A stretch of DNA of 64,000 nucleotides from Blastocatellia bacterium (GCA_963765495.1 CAVXWP010000007.1:64001-128000), one strand, 5' to 3'; counted from the stretch's first letter, positions 8,674 to 20,925 are shown. The notes: generated from the letters alone by a model not told the origin. Made by a program: numbers and translations.

Positions 8674-9576
8674 TCAATCACTCAGGGAATTGAGGAAATC
8701 ACGCACCTTTTTCATATCCTCCCAGGCTTCGCGCTTTTTTTCAGGGACACGCAACAGATAGGCCGGGTGGAAAGTCGGCATTACCCTGATGCCGTTCCAC
8801 TCGCGCCATTCGCCTCGCGATCTGCTTATGGGCTCCTTCGTTTTGAGCAGACACTGAAAGGCGGGTGAGCCGAGCGTTACAATCAGCGCAGGCTTTATGA
8901 CGGCAAGCTGGCGAAAAAGAAACTGCTCGCAGGTTGCCACTTCGTCTCGCTCCGGTGTGCGGTTGCCCGGGGGCCTACACTTTACGATATTGGTAATATA
9001 AACCTCTTCGCGGCGCAGCCCTATGGCGTGGATGATCTTGTCGAGCAACTGTCCGGCCCTACCTACAAAGGGCCGCCCCGTCGCATCTTCATCCGCTCCG
9101 GGCCCTTCGCCCACAAAGACAATCTTTGCTTTCGGGTTTCCTTCTCCAAAGACTATATTGTTGCGATGTTCGTGAAGCTTGCACCGGATGCACTCGCCCA
9201 GATCTTCGCGTATAGCCTCAAGCGAGATGTCCTCGGCCTCGATCACACCTGCCCGAGCGGTTGTTTCAGGCCCAGCCATCAAATCCTCGAAGAGGCTGAC
9301 CTGTTCTTCGGCTTCTTTTTTACGGGGCATAATATTTTCGTCTCGTGGCGCGTCCTTTGATAACAGCGGACTGGTTTCGACCATCTGTCTATCGCTCTCG
9401 CTCACCGATTTAGTTGCGGCAATCGCCGTCTGTTCTATGGAATCGGCGCGAGCCGCCGGTTTCAGGGTAAGAGCCGAGCCGCCTATGTCGGTGACTCCAA
9501 TCTCGCGGTAAAACTTTAACTGCTCTTCTATCTGCCGGGCCAGATAGAAAAATTCTTCTGAAATCTCTTTCGACAT
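8674..9576 (-). CDS. udg: Uracil-DNA glycosylase family 4 with N-terminal extension
   Basis: CIRCKL, VGEGPGADED, PFVGRAG, NIVKCRPPGNR and TFHPAYLLR. Confidence 0.92.
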   Translation of the reverse strand: MSKEISEEFFYLARQIEEQLKFYREIGVTDIGGSALTLKPAARADSIEQTAIAATKSVSESDRQMVETSPLLSKDAPRDENIMPRKKEAEEQVSLFEDLMAGPETTARAGVIEAEDISLEAIREDLGECIRCKLHEHRNNIVFGEGNPKAKIVFVGEGPGADEDATGRPFVGRAGQLLDKIIHAIGLRREEVYITNIVKCRPPGNRTPERDEVATCEQFLFRQLAVIKPALIVTLGSPAFQCLLKTKEPISRSRGEWREWNGIRVMPTFHPAYLLRVPEKKREAWEDMKKVRDFLNSLSD

Positions 9577-9717
9577 TCCCAAGGATTTTCCACTACGACT
9601 CTGTGAGGGTCAAGTCGAGTGCCGAACTTGAGTGTACGGTTCGGGCAAAGTAGAATTCTGACTTACTTGCCGGGTCCGTATTTCGCACGGACATCGAAGC
9701 AGGGGTTAAGGAGATAC

Positions 9718-11022
9718 GTGGCAGAGAGGAAAGTCAGAGCCGAACGCTTACGGGAAATCAGCCGGGCGCTTCGCCACCGCAATTACCGCATATATTTCCT
9801 TGGGATGCTGGTGTCATATTCAGGCACCTGGATGCAGAATGTCGCGCAAAGCTGGCTGGTCTATCGTCTGACGGAGTCGGCGTGGCTTTTGGGACTTGTG
9901 GGATTTGCGGGACAGGTCCCGGTCTTTCTGCTTGCCCCGCTCGGCGGAGTCCTCGCAGACCGCCACAGCCGCCATCGCATAGTCGTGCTCACACAGACGA
10001 TAGCAATGATTCAGGCATTATTGCTTGCGGCGCTCACGCTCTCGCATATGGTGACGGTGAACTGGGTGCTGGGGCTTGCGCTGATGCTGGGCACGGTCAA
10101 TGCCTTCGATATGCCTACGCGGCAATCTTTCGTGCCGGAGCTTGTTCCAAAAGAAGATTTGATGAATGCAATCGCGCTCAACTCTTCAATGATAAACGGC
10201 GCGAGGATTGTCGGCCCGGCGCTTGCCGGAATACTTGTCGCTTCGATAGGCGAGGGGCTCTGCTTTCTGCTAAACGGCGTGAGCTACATCGTCGTCATCA
10301 TCGGATTACTCTCTATCCGCACGGGGAATTCCAAGGTAGAGCGGCCCCGTGGTTCGGCCCTTTCAAACCTCAAAGAAGGGTTCGATTATGTTCGCCGCAC
10401 GCGGCCCGTTCGCGCCCTGCTCCTGCTTATTGCGCTTGTCAGCATATGCGGATTGCCCTACATCGTGTTGATGCCGATCTTTGCCGCTCAGGTGCTCGGG
10501 GCCGGGGCGCGAGGGCTCGGAATATTGATGGGCGCAGCAGGCGTGGGCGCGCTTTCCGGGGCGCTCACACTCGCGGCCCGTCGCAAAGTCGAAGGGCTTG
10601 GCCGCGTGGTTGCTCTCAGCGTAATGGTATTTGGTTCGCTCGTTTTTCTATTTTCGCTTTCGCGCAATCTTATATTGTCGGCTTTGATGCTCGTGCCAAT
10701 TGGGTTTTCAGTGATGTTGCAGATGTCGGCATCAAACACGCTTTTGCAGACCATGGTGTCGGATAGAATGCGCGGGCGAGTGATGAGCTTTTTTTCCATG
10801 AGCCTGATGGGTATGGCTCCGTTCGGGAGTCTCTTTGCGGGCGCGGTCGCCGACCGCATCGGCGCGCCTGAAACCGTGGCGGCTGGCGGAATAATTTGCC
10901 TTGTCGGCGGGCTACTGTTCGGTCAGCGATTGCCGAGCCTGAGACGCGAGGCTCGCCCCCTCCTTGTAGCGCAGGGGATTGTGGCAGGCGAATCGCCCGA
11001 AACCGATACGAAAGGGATTTGA
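9718..11022 (+). CDS. MFS transporter (MFS_3/EntS-like)
   Basis: AAGGAG RBS with GTG 9718; GTWMQ, GGVLADR, AFDMPTRQ and MRGRVMS motifs; about 12 TM segments. Confidence 0.9.
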   Translation: MAERKVRAERLREISRALRHRNYRIYFLGMLVSYSGTWMQNVAQSWLVYRLTESAWLLGLVGFAGQVPVFLLAPLGGVLADRHSRHRIVVLTQTIAMIQALLLAALTLSHMVTVNWVLGLALMLGTVNAFDMPTRQSFVPELVPKEDLMNAIALNSSMINGARIVGPALAGILVASIGEGLCFLLNGVSYIVVIIGLLSIRTGNSKVERPRGSALSNLKEGFDYVRRTRPVRALLLLIALVSICGLPYIVLMPIFAAQVLGAGARGLGILMGAAGVGALSGALTLAARRKVEGLGRVVALSVMVFGSLVFLFSLSRNLILSALMLVPIGFSVMLQMSASNTLLQTMVSDRMRGRVMSFFSMSLMGMAPFGSLFAGAVADRIGAPETVAAGGIICLVGGLLFGQRLPSLRREARPLLVAQGIVAGESPETDTKGI

Positions 11023-11036
11023 GATTTGAGATTTGA
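11016..11036. repeat. Heptamer array (GATTTGA)3; inverted partner degenerate
   Basis: Read directly; contains the MFS stop codon. Confidence 0.7.
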
Positions 11037-11087
11037 AAGTCAGATACTACAGAGCAAAGAGTTCACTCAAACACACCTCTTTAATCT

Positions 11088-11849
11088 CTAGCGGCGCGGA
11101 CTGATTTCGACTCGCGCTATGGTCAGGACGTTCACGCTGTCAGCGCCCGCATCCATCAGCGCGCTTGCTGCCTCAGCAATCGTGCTGCCCGTGGTATAGA
11201 CATCATCTATCAGCAACACCTTGCGGCCTGCGACGCGTGCGGGACGTGTGACCGCAAAAGCCCGCCTGACTGATCTTGCCCGATCTATCGAATCCATCCC
11301 TGCGCGGTGACGCTCGGTGCGTTTTACGCGAACAAACGAGCGATCATCAAACGGCAAGCCGGATGAAACGGCTCTGGCAATGAGCGCGGCCTGATTGAAC
11401 CCGCGCTCGCGTTTGCGCGAAGCGTGCAGCGGCACAGGGATTACGACATCGCTTTCAAGAAACGCGATGTTTTCAGAAAAGGCCCGAATCAAAACCCGGC
11501 GCAATCGGCGACAGATATGCGGCTGCTCTTTTAAGGAGAGTATGCTTGCTTCGAGCGCGCCTGAGTATGCGCCGCAGGCTCGCGCATAGGCGTAAGGGTG
11601 CAAGGCGCAGGCTCCGCAAAGTCGGGTGGAAGGGGTAGCCGCGCTGGCTATGCGGCGCTCAGGCATCCCGCATTTTACGCATACGGTTTGATCGAAAAAG
11701 AGCCGGGTGCTTGTCGAATCCTCCCAGCACGCCTTGCAGGCTACGCCCTCGTCCCAGGATTCAACGGAGTTGCCGCAGATGCGGCATTGTTGGGGATAAA
11801 CAAGCGAGAGCAGCCCGTCTCTCAGGTTTGCGAGCGCGCGTCCGATCAC
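11088..11849 (-). CDS. comF: ComF family double-zinc-ribbon phosphoribosyltransferase-like protein
   Basis: CxxC pairs, PVPLH..RERGFNQA and LLIDDVYTTGST; GGAGG RBS before GTG 11849. Confidence 0.9.
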   Translation of the reverse strand: MIGRALANLRDGLLSLVYPQQCRICGNSVESWDEGVACKACWEDSTSTRLFFDQTVCVKCGMPERRIASAATPSTRLCGACALHPYAYARACGAYSGALEASILSLKEQPHICRRLRRVLIRAFSENIAFLESDVVIPVPLHASRKRERGFNQAALIARAVSSGLPFDDRSFVRVKRTERHRAGMDSIDRARSVRRAFAVTRPARVAGRKVLLIDDVYTTGSTIAEAASALMDAGADSVNVLTIARVEISPRR

Positions 11850-11955
11850 AATCGTTCCTCCGCGCGGTTGATTGATTACCGGCAAACAAGTCCGGCCCGA
11901 CCGGTCGCAGGCGGCCTTTTACGAAAGGGGAGTGTTGTATTTTGGTATGGCAAGT

Positions 11956-12324
11956 CTAAATCTCTTTTTCCACCAGTAATCCTTGTTCCTGAAGCTCCTG
12001 ACATTTTATACAATGAGGCGTCCAGGGTATGGCATCGAGCCGCTTCTGTAATATCTCTTCTCCGCAGTTGATGCACTCGCCAAAAGTCCCTTCCTCGATT
12101 CGGTCCAGAGCTTCTTCGATCAGCTTGAGCGTGTTGCGTTCGTTTGTGCTTTGCGAGAAAAGAAGCTCTTTCGTATAGGAGTTCGACGCCTTATCGGCCG
12201 GGTCCTGGCTGACATCCAGATCGGCTTCGCGTCCATAATCTTCGGTGCGCTCGACCATGCCGAGCATCATATTTCTCAATTCTCGAAGCCTGGCTTCGTA
12301 TTGTTTGAGTCTGCGTTTATCCAT
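11956..12324 (-). CDS. TraR/DksA family C4 zinc-finger protein
   Basis: DPADKA coiled-coil tip, [27 protein letters not shown]. Confidence 0.92.
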   Translation of the reverse strand: MDKRRLKQYEARLRELRNMMLGMVERTEDYGREADLDVSQDPADKASNSYTKELLFSQSTNERNTLKLIEEALDRIEEGTFGECINCGEEILQKRLDAIPWTPHCIKCQELQEQGLLVEKEI

Positions 12325-12399
12325 TAAAGGCTCCTGGTCCCGTATTCGACCTTATAATTGCCAATAACTCCGGGCATAACCGAACAGCGTCGGCCCGGC

Positions 12400-12867
12400 T
12401 CACTTTTGATAAGGCAGGTCATGCAAAATAGCGTATGCGCGATAGACCTGCTCAGCCAACAAAGCTCGCGCGAATTCATGAGTCAAAGTCATTCGTGACA
12501 GCGCAAGTGTGAAATCGGCTCGCCTCCTCACCGCATCGGAAAGCCCAGCATAACCGCCTATGACAAAGGTCATCTGTCTTGTCCCGGCTATCTGGTGCTT
12601 TTCGATGAACCGAGCGAGTTCGACCGAACTCATCTCACATCCACGCTCATCGAGCGCCACGACGAAGGGGTCGGATTCTATGCGTGACAGAATCTCTTCA
12701 CCTTCCTTTTCAATGATCGTCTCGGTCTGCTTCCCAACATCATTGCGGTCGCGAAGTTCGACCACTTCGGTTCGAGTAAATCTTTTCAGGCGACCCAGAT
12801 AATCTTCGATCAAATCCCTGATCGCGCTTGTCTTCGTCTTGCCTACCCATACGATCCGCAACTTCAT
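12400..12867 (-). CDS. rlmH: 23S rRNA (pseudouridine1915-N3)-methyltransferase
   Basis: LDERG, FVIGG..GL, LSRMTLTHE..R..LAEQVYRA and PYQK. Confidence 0.95.
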   Translation of the reverse strand: MKLRIVWVGKTKTSAIRDLIEDYLGRLKRFTRTEVVELRDRNDVGKQTETIIEKEGEEILSRIESDPFVVALDERGCEMSSVELARFIEKHQIAGTRQMTFVIGGYAGLSDAVRRRADFTLALSRMTLTHEFARALLAEQVYRAYAILHDLPYQK

Positions 12868-12872
12868 AGCGA

Positions 12873-12982
12873 TGATTCGTGATTCGTGATTCGTGATTCG
12901 TGATTCGTGATTTACCAGACCTGCAAGTTGTCTTGAACCTGCGGCCTGCCTGTAAGATCACGTATCACTCTTCACGCATCAC
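12873..12982 (+). repeat. Inverted GTGATNC heptamer arrays with conserved 44-bp core (copy A)
   Basis: (TGATTCG)5, then core, then ATCACG-type arm. Confidence 0.85.
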
Positions 12983-12985
12983 TGC

Positions 12986-13939
12986 TCAATTCAGCCCGGC
13001 GGTCTGCACCTTCATCGGGCCTATTTTGTATCGCCGCATCTTCTCGTAGAGGTTCTTGCGGCTTATTCCCAGAATCTCGGCCGCGCGAGTCTTATTCCCT
13101 CGCGTGTATTCGAGTATTTCGCGAATATAGACGGCCTCAAGCTCTGCAAGCGAAGGTTTGTGCTTGCGCGATTGCATCAAACGCGCCGCCGACCGCAGAT
13201 AATCGGGCAACTGCTCCGGCTCGATCACATCCTGGCTTGTTGCGAGCACCGCACGTTCTATGATGTTTCTTAGCTCGCGAATATTGCCCGGAAAATCATA
13301 ATTCATCAGCAGGGCCAGAGCCTCGTTCGAAAGGTGTACGCCGGCTCGCCCGCTGCGGGATGCAAACTGCCGGACAAATTGCTCGGCCAGCATACGTATG
13401 TCTTCGGCTCTGTCAATCAGGCGGGGCAATTGAATAGTGACTACCGCAAGCCGGTAATAGAGATCATCTCGAAATGCGTGAGTTCGCACGGCCTCTTTCA
13501 TATCGACATTGGCCAGCGCTATTATGCGAACATTGATTCTTATCAACTGCTTTCCGCCGAGCCGTTCAAAGCTTCGCTCTTCGATTACGCGCAGCAGTTT
13601 CGCCTGTGCCGCAGGCGAGAGGCTAGCTATCTCGTCCAGGACAAGCGTGCCGCCTTCGGCCGCCTCGAACCGCCCGGGTTTGGATTCGCCTGCGCCTGTG
13701 AAGGCTCCCTTTTCATAGCCGAACAACTCGGATTCCAGCAGGTCTTCCGGCAGCCCCGCGCAATCTATTTTGACAAAAGGCTTTGAAGACCTGGGGCTGC
13801 GGTCGTGAATCAGGCGAGCGAAAACATCCTTGCCCGTGCCCGATTCGCCCAGGACAAGCACATTTGCATCCGTAGCCGCGACCCTCTCAATTAGCTCCGC
13901 GACTCGCTGCATCTCTGGAGCGTTAGCTATTATCTCCAT
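12986..13939 (-). CDS. Sigma54-dependent enhancer-binding protein (AAA+ and Fis HTH) lacking an N-terminal sensor domain
   Basis: GESGTGKD at residue ~30, [32 protein letters not shown] and [14 protein letters not shown]. Confidence 0.93.
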   Translation of the reverse strand: MEIIANAPEMQRVAELIERVAATDANVLVLGESGTGKDVFARLIHDRSPRSSKPFVKIDCAGLPEDLLESELFGYEKGAFTGAGESKPGRFEAAEGGTLVLDEIASLSPAAQAKLLRVIEERSFERLGGKQLIRINVRIIALANVDMKEAVRTHAFRDDLYYRLAVVTIQLPRLIDRAEDIRMLAEQFVRQFASRSGRAGVHLSNEALALLMNYDFPGNIRELRNIIERAVLATSQDVIEPEQLPDYLRSAARLMQSRKHKPSLAELEAVYIREILEYTRGNKTRAAEILGISRKNLYEKMRRYKIGPMKVQTAGLN

Positions 13940-13948
13940 ACCATTCTC

Positions 13949-14080
13949 GAGGGATGAGGGATGAGGGATGAGGGATGAAAAAGAATCTAGCGCAACAGCC
14001 TGATAAAAGACTGCTCACTATTTCATCAGCATAATTCCCTACAGTCCTTTTCATCCCTCATCCCTCATCCCTCATCCCTT
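13949..14080. repeat. Inverted heptamer arrays (GAGGGAT)4 ... (TCATCCC)4
   Basis: Read directly; the right arm supplies the last codons and stop of rsfS. Confidence 0.9.
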
Positions 14081-14454
14081 ATCTCGACTCTTCCCGCATC
14101 GCGCCATAATCTCTCAAGATCATAAAATGCCCGTGCCGTGCTGCTGAATACGTGCACTATGAAATCTCCGTAGTCTAGCAGAATCCACTCCGCACTGCTA
14201 TAGCCTTCTATGTGCAGAGGGCGCTTGCCCGTTTTTCGCAACTCCTCTTCGACCGCGTTAGAGATGGCCTGCACCTGACGGGTGCTCGTCCCTGTGCAGA
14301 TCAGGAAATATTCGGTGAAAGACGCGATCTTGCGTAAGTCGAGCAGGACTATATCGGTCGCCTTCTTTTCGCTCGCAATCCGGGCGGCGATCATAACCAG
14401 TTCATCCGGCTCTATCGCGTCGGGTTGCTGATGTTTGTTTGCTGTGCTACCCAT
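14065..14454 (-). CDS. rsfS: Ribosome silencing factor
   Basis: EKKATDI, YFLICTG..RQVQAI, WILLDYGDFIVHVF and FYDLERLW. Confidence 0.95.
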   Translation of the reverse strand: MGSTANKHQQPDAIEPDELVMIAARIASEKKATDIVLLDLRKIASFTEYFLICTGTSTRQVQAISNAVEEELRKTGKRPLHIEGYSSAEWILLDYGDFIVHVFSSTARAFYDLERLWRDAGRVEIRDEG

Positions 14455-14458
14455 CTAT

Positions 14459-16173
<1,715 letters not shown>

Positions 16174-16177
16174 TTAT

Positions 16178-16265
16178 TTGTCCGTTGTCCGTAGTCCTGG
16201 TCCGTTGTTAATCAATTGTCTCGATTGCAGCTAACAACGGACGACTGACGACTGACGACGGACAA

Positions 16266-16267
<2 letters not shown>
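16178..16267. repeat. Inverted heptamer arrays TTGTCCG-type ... CGGACAA/CTGACGA-type
   Basis: Fills the rpmA-obgE spacer. Confidence 0.8.
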
Positions 16268-16520
<253 letters not shown>

Positions 16521-16635
16521 AACTCCTCTATATGCGATTCAAAAGATGCTCATCGCCCGACGGGCGTCCTTTATAAAGCCATATATAAGGACTTCACAAT
16601 CGAGCTTTAGAATTTGCGGCGCGCAAGAAAATCTG

Positions 16636-17268
16636 TTACTGCTCGTCTTCGGAAGCCGATTCGGTTTCAGAAGACGCTGCGGCCTCACCCGTTGAAGCCT
16701 CGGCAGTTGAAGCCTCGGCGGTTGAAGCCTCGGCAGTTGAAGCCTCGGCGGTTGAAGCCTCGACGGTTGAAGCCTCTGCCAGTTCGGCGCTCGCTTCTGC
16801 TGCCTCGGTGCTTGCTTCTGCCGCTTCGGGTTCTGTCTCTGCTGTTTCAGTAGCGGTATTCGCCGTCGCGGCTTCTGCTACCGGAGCCTCGATCTCCTCT
16901 GCCGGTGCGACAGGTGCGGCTTCGACTTCGGATTCCGGGGCTTCGGGCTTTTCAGCCGTCGCGCCAATCGCCTCTATGAGAACGGCGGTAAAGTTCTGCC
17001 TGTGCCCGTGCTTTTTCTTGTACTGCTTGCGCCGTTTCTTCTTGAATACGATTACCTTAGTCCCGCGACCGTGTTCCACGACGGTAGCCGTAACGCGCGT
17101 GCCGTCAACGATAGGCGCTCCGATGCTAATGTTGTCGCCGTCGCCCGAAGCGAGCACGTCGAACTCGACGGATGCTCCCACTTCCTGAGTGATGGACGGT
17201 ATGCGAACGATCTCGCCTTCGGCAACTCGGAACTGTTTGCCACCGGCCTGAATGATAGCGTATGCCAC
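16636..17268 (-). CDS. rplU: 50S ribosomal protein L21 with ~108-aa acidic Ala/Glu C-terminal extension
   Basis: [24 protein letters not shown] and a tail with (EASTA)n. Confidence 0.95.
   Translation of the reverse strand: MAYAIIQAGGKQFRVAEGEIVRIPSITQEVGASVEFDVLASGDGDNISIGAPIVDGTRVTATVVEHGRGTKVIVFKKKRRKQYKKKHGHRQNFTAVLIEAIGATAEKPEAPESEVEAAPVAPAEEIEAPVAEAATANTATETAETEPEAAEASTEAAEASAELAEASTVEASTAEASTAEASTAEASTAEASTGEAAASSETESASEDEQ
16691..16780. repeat. 15-bp coding tandem repeat x6 (GTTGAAGCCTCGGCR)
   Basis: Units start at 16691, 16706, 16721, 16736, 16751 and 16766. Confidence 0.92.
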
Positions 17269-17310
17269 GGTTAACTCCCTCCAAAAATTTGCTATTGACG
17301 AAAGTCCAAA

Positions 17311-17340
17311 ATTATAGCTGTCTAAGGCTCAGACTGTCAA
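17311..17340 (-). promoter_or_regulatory. Consensus sigma70 promoter of the rplU operon
   Basis: TTGACA-18 bp-TATAAT on the minus strand. Confidence 0.8.
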
Positions 17341-17438
17341 CGGCGTCCGCTTTCGATTCGCGCGCCTGTGGTTCAAGGGCAAAGGAAACGCAGATTACCA
17401 ACTTGTAATCAGGAAAATGGGAATAGACCGAGACGGGT

Positions 17439-17513
17439 GCGGATTTGGCGGATTTTCGCGGATTCAGGTTTATATGATCCAATCTGAAAATTCGTCGATA
17501 ATTCTGTAAATCC
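17439..17513. repeat. GCGGATT 9-10-bp-period array with degenerate inverted arm
   Basis: GCGGATTTG GCGGATTTTC GCGGATT, then AATCT/AATTC/AATCC remnants. Confidence 0.45.
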
Positions 17514-17520
17514 TATCTGA

Positions 17521-18459
17521 TTATTCCGATGCCGCAGGTGCGCGCCGGGGGGCGGCTATGGATTCGGCCTCGATAAAGATGTGTCTCACATCCGGGTGCT
17601 TCTGCCGGATAGACCGTTCCAGGCGGTCTACGGCTGATTCCACTTCGCCCGCCGAAAGCTCGTTGTGAAACTTTATGTCGAGATTTACAAGCAGATCGTG
17701 CGGCCCGAAATACATGGTCAGAGGCCGCTTGACGCGCTCGACTGCCGGGTCGGCTTCCGCTACTTCGCAGATGCTTTTTACCGTCCGTTCGTCCGCGCCT
17801 TCGCCTACAAGCAAGCCTTTGCTTTCGTATGCCAGCAGTATCGCTACGACTCCGAGTATCAGCCCGATTATTACCGAAGCTACGCCGTCAAGATAAGGGT
17901 TGCCGAGCAACTGCCCCAGAAATATTCCGAAAAAGGCTACGACGAGGCCGAGCAGCGCCGCCGAGTCTTCAAAAAGAACCGTGAAGTTGGTAGGGTCTTT
18001 GCTCACGTGAATCGCCCGCCAGATGGTCCCTTTTGAATGGGTGGATCGAAACTCCCTGTAGGCGACAACAAGCGCGAATCCTTCAAAAAATGCGGCGAAG
18101 GCGAGTACGATGTAATTCCAGAATGGATTCTCAAGCCGGGACGGATGAATCAAATGCATTATGCCTTCGTAAAATGACATGCCCCCGCCCAGGGCAAAAA
18201 TCAGTATCGCTACGATGAGCGTCCAGAAATAAAGCTCCTTGCCGTAGCCGAACGGGTGGCTCGGGTCGGCAGGCTTGCGGCTCTTGTAAACACCGTACAA
18301 AATCAAGAGGCCGTTGCCTGTGTCTACGACCGAGTGGATGCCTTCGGAAAGCATCGCCGAGCTTCCGCTGAAGTGTGAGGCTACGAATTTCGTCAGGGCG
18401 ATGGCGAGGTTTCCGGCAATCGCGGCATAGACGGCTTTGTGGGAAGAGTTGACCCCCAT
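17521..18459 (-). CDS. Cation diffusion facilitator family transporter
   Basis: SAMLSEGIHSVVD, HPFGYGKE and FEDSAAL motifs. Confidence 0.92.
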   Translation of the reverse strand: MGVNSSHKAVYAAIAGNLAIALTKFVASHFSGSSAMLSEGIHSVVDTGNGLLILYGVYKSRKPADPSHPFGYGKELYFWTLIVAILIFALGGGMSFYEGIMHLIHPSRLENPFWNYIVLAFAAFFEGFALVVAYREFRSTHSKGTIWRAIHVSKDPTNFTVLFEDSAALLGLVVAFFGIFLGQLLGNPYLDGVASVIIGLILGVVAILLAYESKGLLVGEGADERTVKSICEVAEADPAVERVKRPLTMYFGPHDLLVNLDIKFHNELSAGEVESAVDRLERSIRQKHPDVRHIFIEAESIAAPRRAPAASE

Positions 18460-18694
18460 CGAGGCTCCTTATCATTAAAGAATCTGATCTCACAAGAAGC
18501 TCACTGTGATCCGGCATGAGCCTTACGGCGGCACGTTCTAAGATTAGCAAACGAAGCATAGCTCTCCAAATGGCCGGTCTCCTTGACGACCTGCTCAGGG
18601 TTTGTTAGTTTCACTCTTCTTCGCGAGCACGTGTATTCTCGCCTGCGCTCGCGCTCGATGCTCTATATCAAAGCGAGACGGAGGAAAGTTTTTC

Positions 18695-19087
18695 ATGACT
18701 ATGGAAGCGCTCGGTATGATCGAGACCAAGGGATTTGTCGGAGCCGTCGAAGCGGCAGACGCTATGGTCAAAGCGGCTAACGTCGTGCTCGTGGGCCGCG
18801 AATACATAGGCGCAGGTTACGTGACGGTCTTTGTTCGCGGGGATGTGGGCGCGGTCAAGGCTGCTACGGACGCGGGAGCGGCGGCGGCCCGTCGCGTAGG
18901 CGAACTCGTAAGCGTGCACGTCATTCCTCGCCCGCACGTAGAGCTTGAGCGAGTGCTGGAATCGAGCGGCCTGATCGATTCCAGCTATCAATTAGGCGCG
19001 GGCGAAGGTCGCGGCCAGTTGACCGCAGGTTCGCAGGAAGACGGCAAGCGCATCTCTCAGCCTTCAAACAAGGAAAAGTCGAAATAG
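18695..19087 (+). CDS. Bacterial microcompartment hexameric shell protein (BMC-H, EutM/PduA-like) with C-terminal tail
   Basis: [39 protein letters not shown] and VHVIPRPH. Confidence 0.95.
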   Translation: MTMEALGMIETKGFVGAVEAADAMVKAANVVLVGREYIGAGYVTVFVRGDVGAVKAATDAGAAAARRVGELVSVHVIPRPHVELERVLESSGLIDSSYQLGAGEGRGQLTAGSQEDGKRISQPSNKEKSK

Positions 19088-19152
19088 CCGTATAGATACC
19101 CGCTCCGGCCTTCGATGTCGATTTGCACGGCACACTGCTGCGGAGAGCAGTT

Positions 19153-20895
19153 ATGAGCAGCGATAAGAATCAACAATCCATCGAGCAGGCGCGCGAACTG
19201 GTCGAGCGCGCAGCCGAAGCGCAGAAAACGCTCGCCACATTCTCTCAGGAAAAGGTTGACGAGATAGTCGGCCGGATGGCGCGCGCGGCCCTCGAAGAGA
19301 GCTACCGCCTCGGCGAGATGGCCCACCTCGAAACCGGCTACGGTTCGGCGGCAGACAAGGCCACGAAGAATCGTTTTTCAGCCGAACAGATTTACAACTT
19401 TATAAAACCTATGCGGACGGTGGGCGTACTCCGCCAGACCGAAAGCATTATCGAAGTCGCCTCGCCTCGCGGAGTTGTTGCGGCCATCATACCTTCTACC
19501 AATCCGACCTCGACCGCCATCTTCAAAATACTGATTTCGATAAAGGCTCGCGACTCCGTAGTCCTGAGTCCTCATCCATCGGCTGCCAACTCTATAAACG
19601 AGACGGCGCAAGTGATGCGCGCGGCGGGCGAGGCCGCGGGGCTTCCGGCGACAGCCATCGGTTGCATGACGATTGCCACCATCGAAGGGACTCAAGAGTT
19701 GATGAAGCACAGGCGCACGGCTTTGATTCTGGCTACGGGCGGAATCGGGCTTGTGCGCGCCGCTTACTCTTCTGGAAAGCCCGCCTTTGGTGTGGGGCCA
19801 GGCAATGTGCCTGCTATGATCGAGCGCACTGCAAATATCACAAAAGCGGTGCGCGACATCCTGACGGGCAAATGTTTCGACAACGGAACCATATGCTCTT
19901 CCGAACAGGCCGTCGTGGTCGAGCGGCCCGTGGACGTAAATGTCCGCGAACGATTTGCCGCCGAAGGCGCTTACTTTCTGGATAAGGAAAAACAGGAGGC
20001 GCTCGCAAAGGTGGTGGCGACCGCGACCAATACGCTCAACCCGAAGATCGTAGGCAAGAGCGCACGCGCCATAGCCGAGATGGCGGGTTTCTCTATCCCC
20101 GAAGGCACCCGCGCTATGCTTTGCGAATTGAGCGGCGTGGGACGCGATTTCCCGCTCTCGATGGAGAAGCTCTCTCCGATTCTGGCCTATTACGTGGTCG
20201 ATAGTCTGGAAGAAGGCTGCGAGCGATGCGCTCAGATTCTCCGCTACGGCGGGATGGGTCACACGGCTTCGATCCACACCGGCAGCCGCGATGCCGCGCG
20301 CGAGTATGGAGTGCGGATGCCTGTTTCACGCGTAGTCGTCAACAGCCCTTCCACTCACGGCGCGATAGGATTCACAACCGATCTCGAACCTTCGATGACC
20401 CTGGGGTGCGGGTCGTGGGGCGGCAATGTGACCTCCGATAACATCTCTCCGCGCCATCTTGTAGACATCAAGCGCATAGCATTCGAGACTCGCCCGATCA
20501 ATCAGGCTACGGAACGCCCGTCCGTTCGCGCCGGGTCCGGCAAAGAGCCGGTGGACCGTGCCGCCATAGCCGCTATGGTCGATCGTTTCCTGGCCGAACG
20601 CCACGTGCAGACGGCCCCTGAATCGAAACCCCTGCCGGTCGTGTCGGCACCTGCCAGACCGGCAGAGCCTGTAACGCCGCCGCCGCCCGTAACTCCCCTT
20701 AAGCCCGCGCCTCAAGTGCCGCCGCAACCTGCGGCTGCCGCCGAGACGAATGGACACGTCTATGATTTCGTTTGTGAAGAGGATGTGAAACGCGCTATTC
20801 GCAATCGAGAGAAGATACTAGTCAACAGCAAGACCATCATCACGCCCGCCGCCCGCGACCTGGGCGAAGAGAAAGAAATATTCGCACGCGTTTAA
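19153..20895 (+). CDS. CoA-acylating aldehyde dehydrogenase (EutE/PduP/AdhE-N-like), BMC-associated
   Basis: [37 protein letters not shown] and TLGCGSWG; long C-terminal extension. Confidence 0.92.
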   Translation: MSSDKNQQSIEQARELVERAAEAQKTLATFSQEKVDEIVGRMARAALEESYRLGEMAHLETGYGSAADKATKNRFSAEQIYNFIKPMRTVGVLRQTESIIEVASPRGVVAAIIPSTNPTSTAIFKILISIKARDSVVLSPHPSAANSINETAQVMRAAGEAAGLPATAIGCMTIATIEGTQELMKHRRTALILATGGIGLVRAAYSSGKPAFGVGPGNVPAMIERTANITKAVRDILTGKCFDNGTICSSEQAVVVERPVDVNVRERFAAEGAYFLDKEKQEALAKVVATATNTLNPKIVGKSARAIAEMAGFSIPEGTRAMLCELSGVGRDFPLSMEKLSPILAYYVVDSLEEGCERCAQILRYGGMGHTASIHTGSRDAAREYGVRMPVSRVVVNSPSTHGAIGFTTDLEPSMTLGCGSWGGNVTSDNISPRHLVDIKRIAFETRPINQATERPSVRAGSGKEPVDRAAIAAMVDRFLAERHVQTAPESKPLPVVSAPARPAEPVTPPPPVTPLKPAPQVPPQPAAAAETNGHVYDFVCEEDVKRAIRNREKILVNSKTIITPAARDLGEEKEIFARV

Positions 20896-20925
20896 CCTGG
20901 ATCGGGATTTCGGGTTCCACACACG

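Noticed and set aside
8674-9576. Phage origin of the 'SPO1 polymerase-related' UDG
   Set aside because: This is the common cellular family-4 UDG, and there are no phage genes nearby.
12873-12912. Tandem arrays as CRISPR repeats
   Set aside because: Units are 7-9 bp and contiguous, with no unique spacers and no cas genes.
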